Below, piece after piece: positions 27,235 through 29,516 of a stretch of DNA of 29,516 nucleotides. The notes below the pieces were generated by a model. It saw only the letters and a program-made list of their open reading frames with translations, did no database searches and was not told the DNA's origin. Numbering within the stretch: the stretch's first letter is position 1; each line of letters begins with the position of its first letter. Source of the DNA: Piromyces finnis finn (Eukaryota > Fungi > Neocallimastigomycota); the NCBI GenBank assembly GCA_002104945.1, contig MCFH01000135.1:1-29516 (forward strand). Reading direction: 5' to 3'. The translations under genes were made by a program, and so were the position numbers.

Positions 27235-29419
27235 TTATGAATTTCCCATAATTTGTGCTTTCTACAATTGAATATATTGTATAAAGTATATTATTATTTA
27301 ATTATTATTAAATTAAAAATAAAAATAGCATTGATAATGCCATTTTAATTGATATAATAAATTACTAATGCCATGATATTTTCTCGTTGATCTGGTGGAA
27401 GACTACTTAATTGGTCTGGAGTTAAACTCATTACTTGCATTAATAATTGCTGAAAATTTATTAATTAATTAATTAATTATTATTAACTATCAACTGTTTT
27501 ATATTATAGTATTAAAAATATTTAGTACTTACTTTTTGTTGTTCTTGTAACATATCACCATAAATTTATAATATTATTTTAATATTAATTTTTATATTTA
27601 GAAAAATGTAATTATTCTTACTACCATTAAATTGAGACAAAGTCTTGTTAACAGCATTCATATTCTATTTTGATTATTCATTCCTTGATTTGTGTCATAT
27701 TGGACATTTGATTTTGTTGTGAATTTGTTGATTTTGCATTGAAGCATTTGAATCATTCATAGAACTTGTAATATTCTTTCATTATATTATTAATTATTGA
27801 ATGTTAATTAATGCATTTATTCCATATATTTATAATTTAATAAACTTAGTAAAAATATTAACAAACAAACAAAAAATCTACCTGTATTACATTTGGATCG
27901 ACTATATTTAATGTTAATAGGGCTTTATTTAATATTATTAATTATAATTAAGCTTAAATAAGTATATAAACAAATGAATAAATTAATTTATTAATATATT
28001 ACTTGAAAACTGCATATGATAATTGTGGATTCATTGTTAATAAGTTTTCTTGCTGCAACTGGATTGGTTTCGATAAGTGTCTTGTGGTAAACATAAATTA
28101 AATATTAAATATAAATTAATATTCATATTATTATTAATTAGTATATTAACTTTATCTGTCATACTTTTATTTGTGACATTAATTAAGTAATTCTCTTGTG
28201 GAAGCATATTAACGTATTTTTGAATATTTTTCTACAATAGATTGATTTTGTTGATTTTGATTTTGATTTTGTTGTACATTTTGTGAAGTATTTTTGCATG
28301 TTATTTGTTTTATTATTAAAAATTCTTTCTATTCTGATTATTAATAGTAAAAAATATATTAGAATGAGAAAATAATAAAAAAGAAAAATAATTGTTACAA
28401 TTTCTGATTTTTTTAAAGGGTATGCTAATATGCTTAATAATTAAAAAAAATATAAAAAAATATTATTTTATATATTAGTCATCATGTTGGAATTATTATT
28501 TCCTGAATTGTTTATTTACTCTATTACTATTATTATTAATACTATTATTGTTATTGTTATTATTATTATCATGATTATCTTCCTTGTCATTATCAGCATA
28601 ATCAACTCTTAATTCTCTTCCCCTTCATAGGATTAGTTTTTTTAAATTATTTATATATAAATTTATAAATATATCACAAAAAATAATATAGGGTAGGAAA
28701 ACAATTATTTTAAATGGTATTAAGCTTTCCTCCAGTTATCTAAATTTTATTATTAATAATGATAATTTATCTTATATTATTAAGAATTTAAATCTTTAAT
28801 AATTACATTATTAATATAAGTTATTTCATTCTTGCCAAGAGAAATACTGATATTCTCAACATTTTAGGGAAAATTAATGATTAAATTAATTTTATAAAAT
28901 ATTCCTTTATTATGTTTATAGTTTCTAACAGCACTTGCTGCAGTTTCAGCATCTTGATATTCCAAAAACCTATTTTTTATTGATGTATGATTTACTGAAA
29001 TGAATTTTATTGCTTTTAAAAGTTTATATCATTTAATTTATATTTTAAAATACCATAACCACGAGGTTTTCCTGATTCTCTATCAAACATAATCTTTTAT
29101 TATTGTTACAAATTGTTACAATATAATTGAATTAAATGAAAACGTTTTTTTTTAAAAAAATTATTAAATTTTTGAAGTTTGAAATTTATATTGACATTTT
29201 TGTCCTTTGTTTTAATTTTTAATAAGTACCTAAATGAAACTACAGGACCAACTTCCTTAAAAATTTCAGTAAGTTGCTCTTCAGTGTAATCATCTTGAAA
29301 CAACAATAATGCAATAATAATAATAATAATAATAATAATAATTAATTTTAATAAAAATAATTTAATTTAAAAATCGTGATAAATTGCTTAATTTTTATTC
29401 TTACATGGTATATTTCCAA
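27235..29419 (-). CDS. RNA15: Cleavage stimulation factor 64-kDa subunit (RNA15/CSTF2); first exon lies beyond the right window edge
   Basis: RRM (V)GNIPY|DYTEEQLTEIFKEVGPVVSFR|..MFDRESGKPRGYG..FLEYQDAETAASAVRN...GRELRVDYA; hinge-like TNPVAARKLINN..., ALLTLNIVDPNVIQ; C-terminal QQLLMQVMSLTPDQLSSLPPDQRENIMAL|KAQIMGNS* (stop 27235-27237). Q/N-rich linkers. Confidence 0.88.
29313..29342. repeat. (AAT)10 microsatellite in an RNA15 intron
   Basis: Ten tandem aat units, ~20 bp from the intron acceptor at 29294-29295. Confidence 0.9.
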
Positions 29420-29516
29420 CTTTATTATATAATTATTATATATTGTATGGTAAAGAAAAAATTTGATATCATGAAAAGAGTGTTAAATATTATTTATAAA
29501 AATTTATAATATAGTA

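Overview
A very AT-rich, intron-dense eukaryotic genomic segment. It is most plausibly from an anaerobic gut fungus (Neocallimastigomycota); this is inferred from extreme AT content, many short AT-rich GT-AG introns, a fungal-type PurK-PurE fused ADE2 and a fungal-type Pex12 N-terminus. It carries ten housekeeping genes: ADE2 (3' part, +), DHX35-like DEAH helicase (-), cytosolic leucyl-tRNA synthetase (+), CHMP7-like ESCRT-III (+), PP1 inhibitor Ypi1 (-), an ankyrin-RCC1-BTB (IBTK-like) protein (+), PEX12 (-), RPS21 (-), F1-ATPase delta subunit ATP16 (-) and RNA15/CSTF2 (-, 5' end outside the window). Bases 1-3985 form a ~2-kb fold-back palindrome centred at ~1990, inside an ADE2 intron. Its two arms differ almost only by homopolymer indels, so it is most likely a long-read or assembly artefact. 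The same error type explains the many frameshifts in the essential genes here. No mobile element, CRISPR array, tRNA or rRNA was recognised. The best biological lead is an F1-ATPase delta subunit with a clear organellar presequence but a degenerate c-ring-contact motif, in an organism whose hydrogenosomes should lack a genome (possible F1-only ATPase). A second lead is a peroxin gene in a presumed obligate anaerobe. Gene boundaries were read by eye, and those in error-rich regions are approximate.
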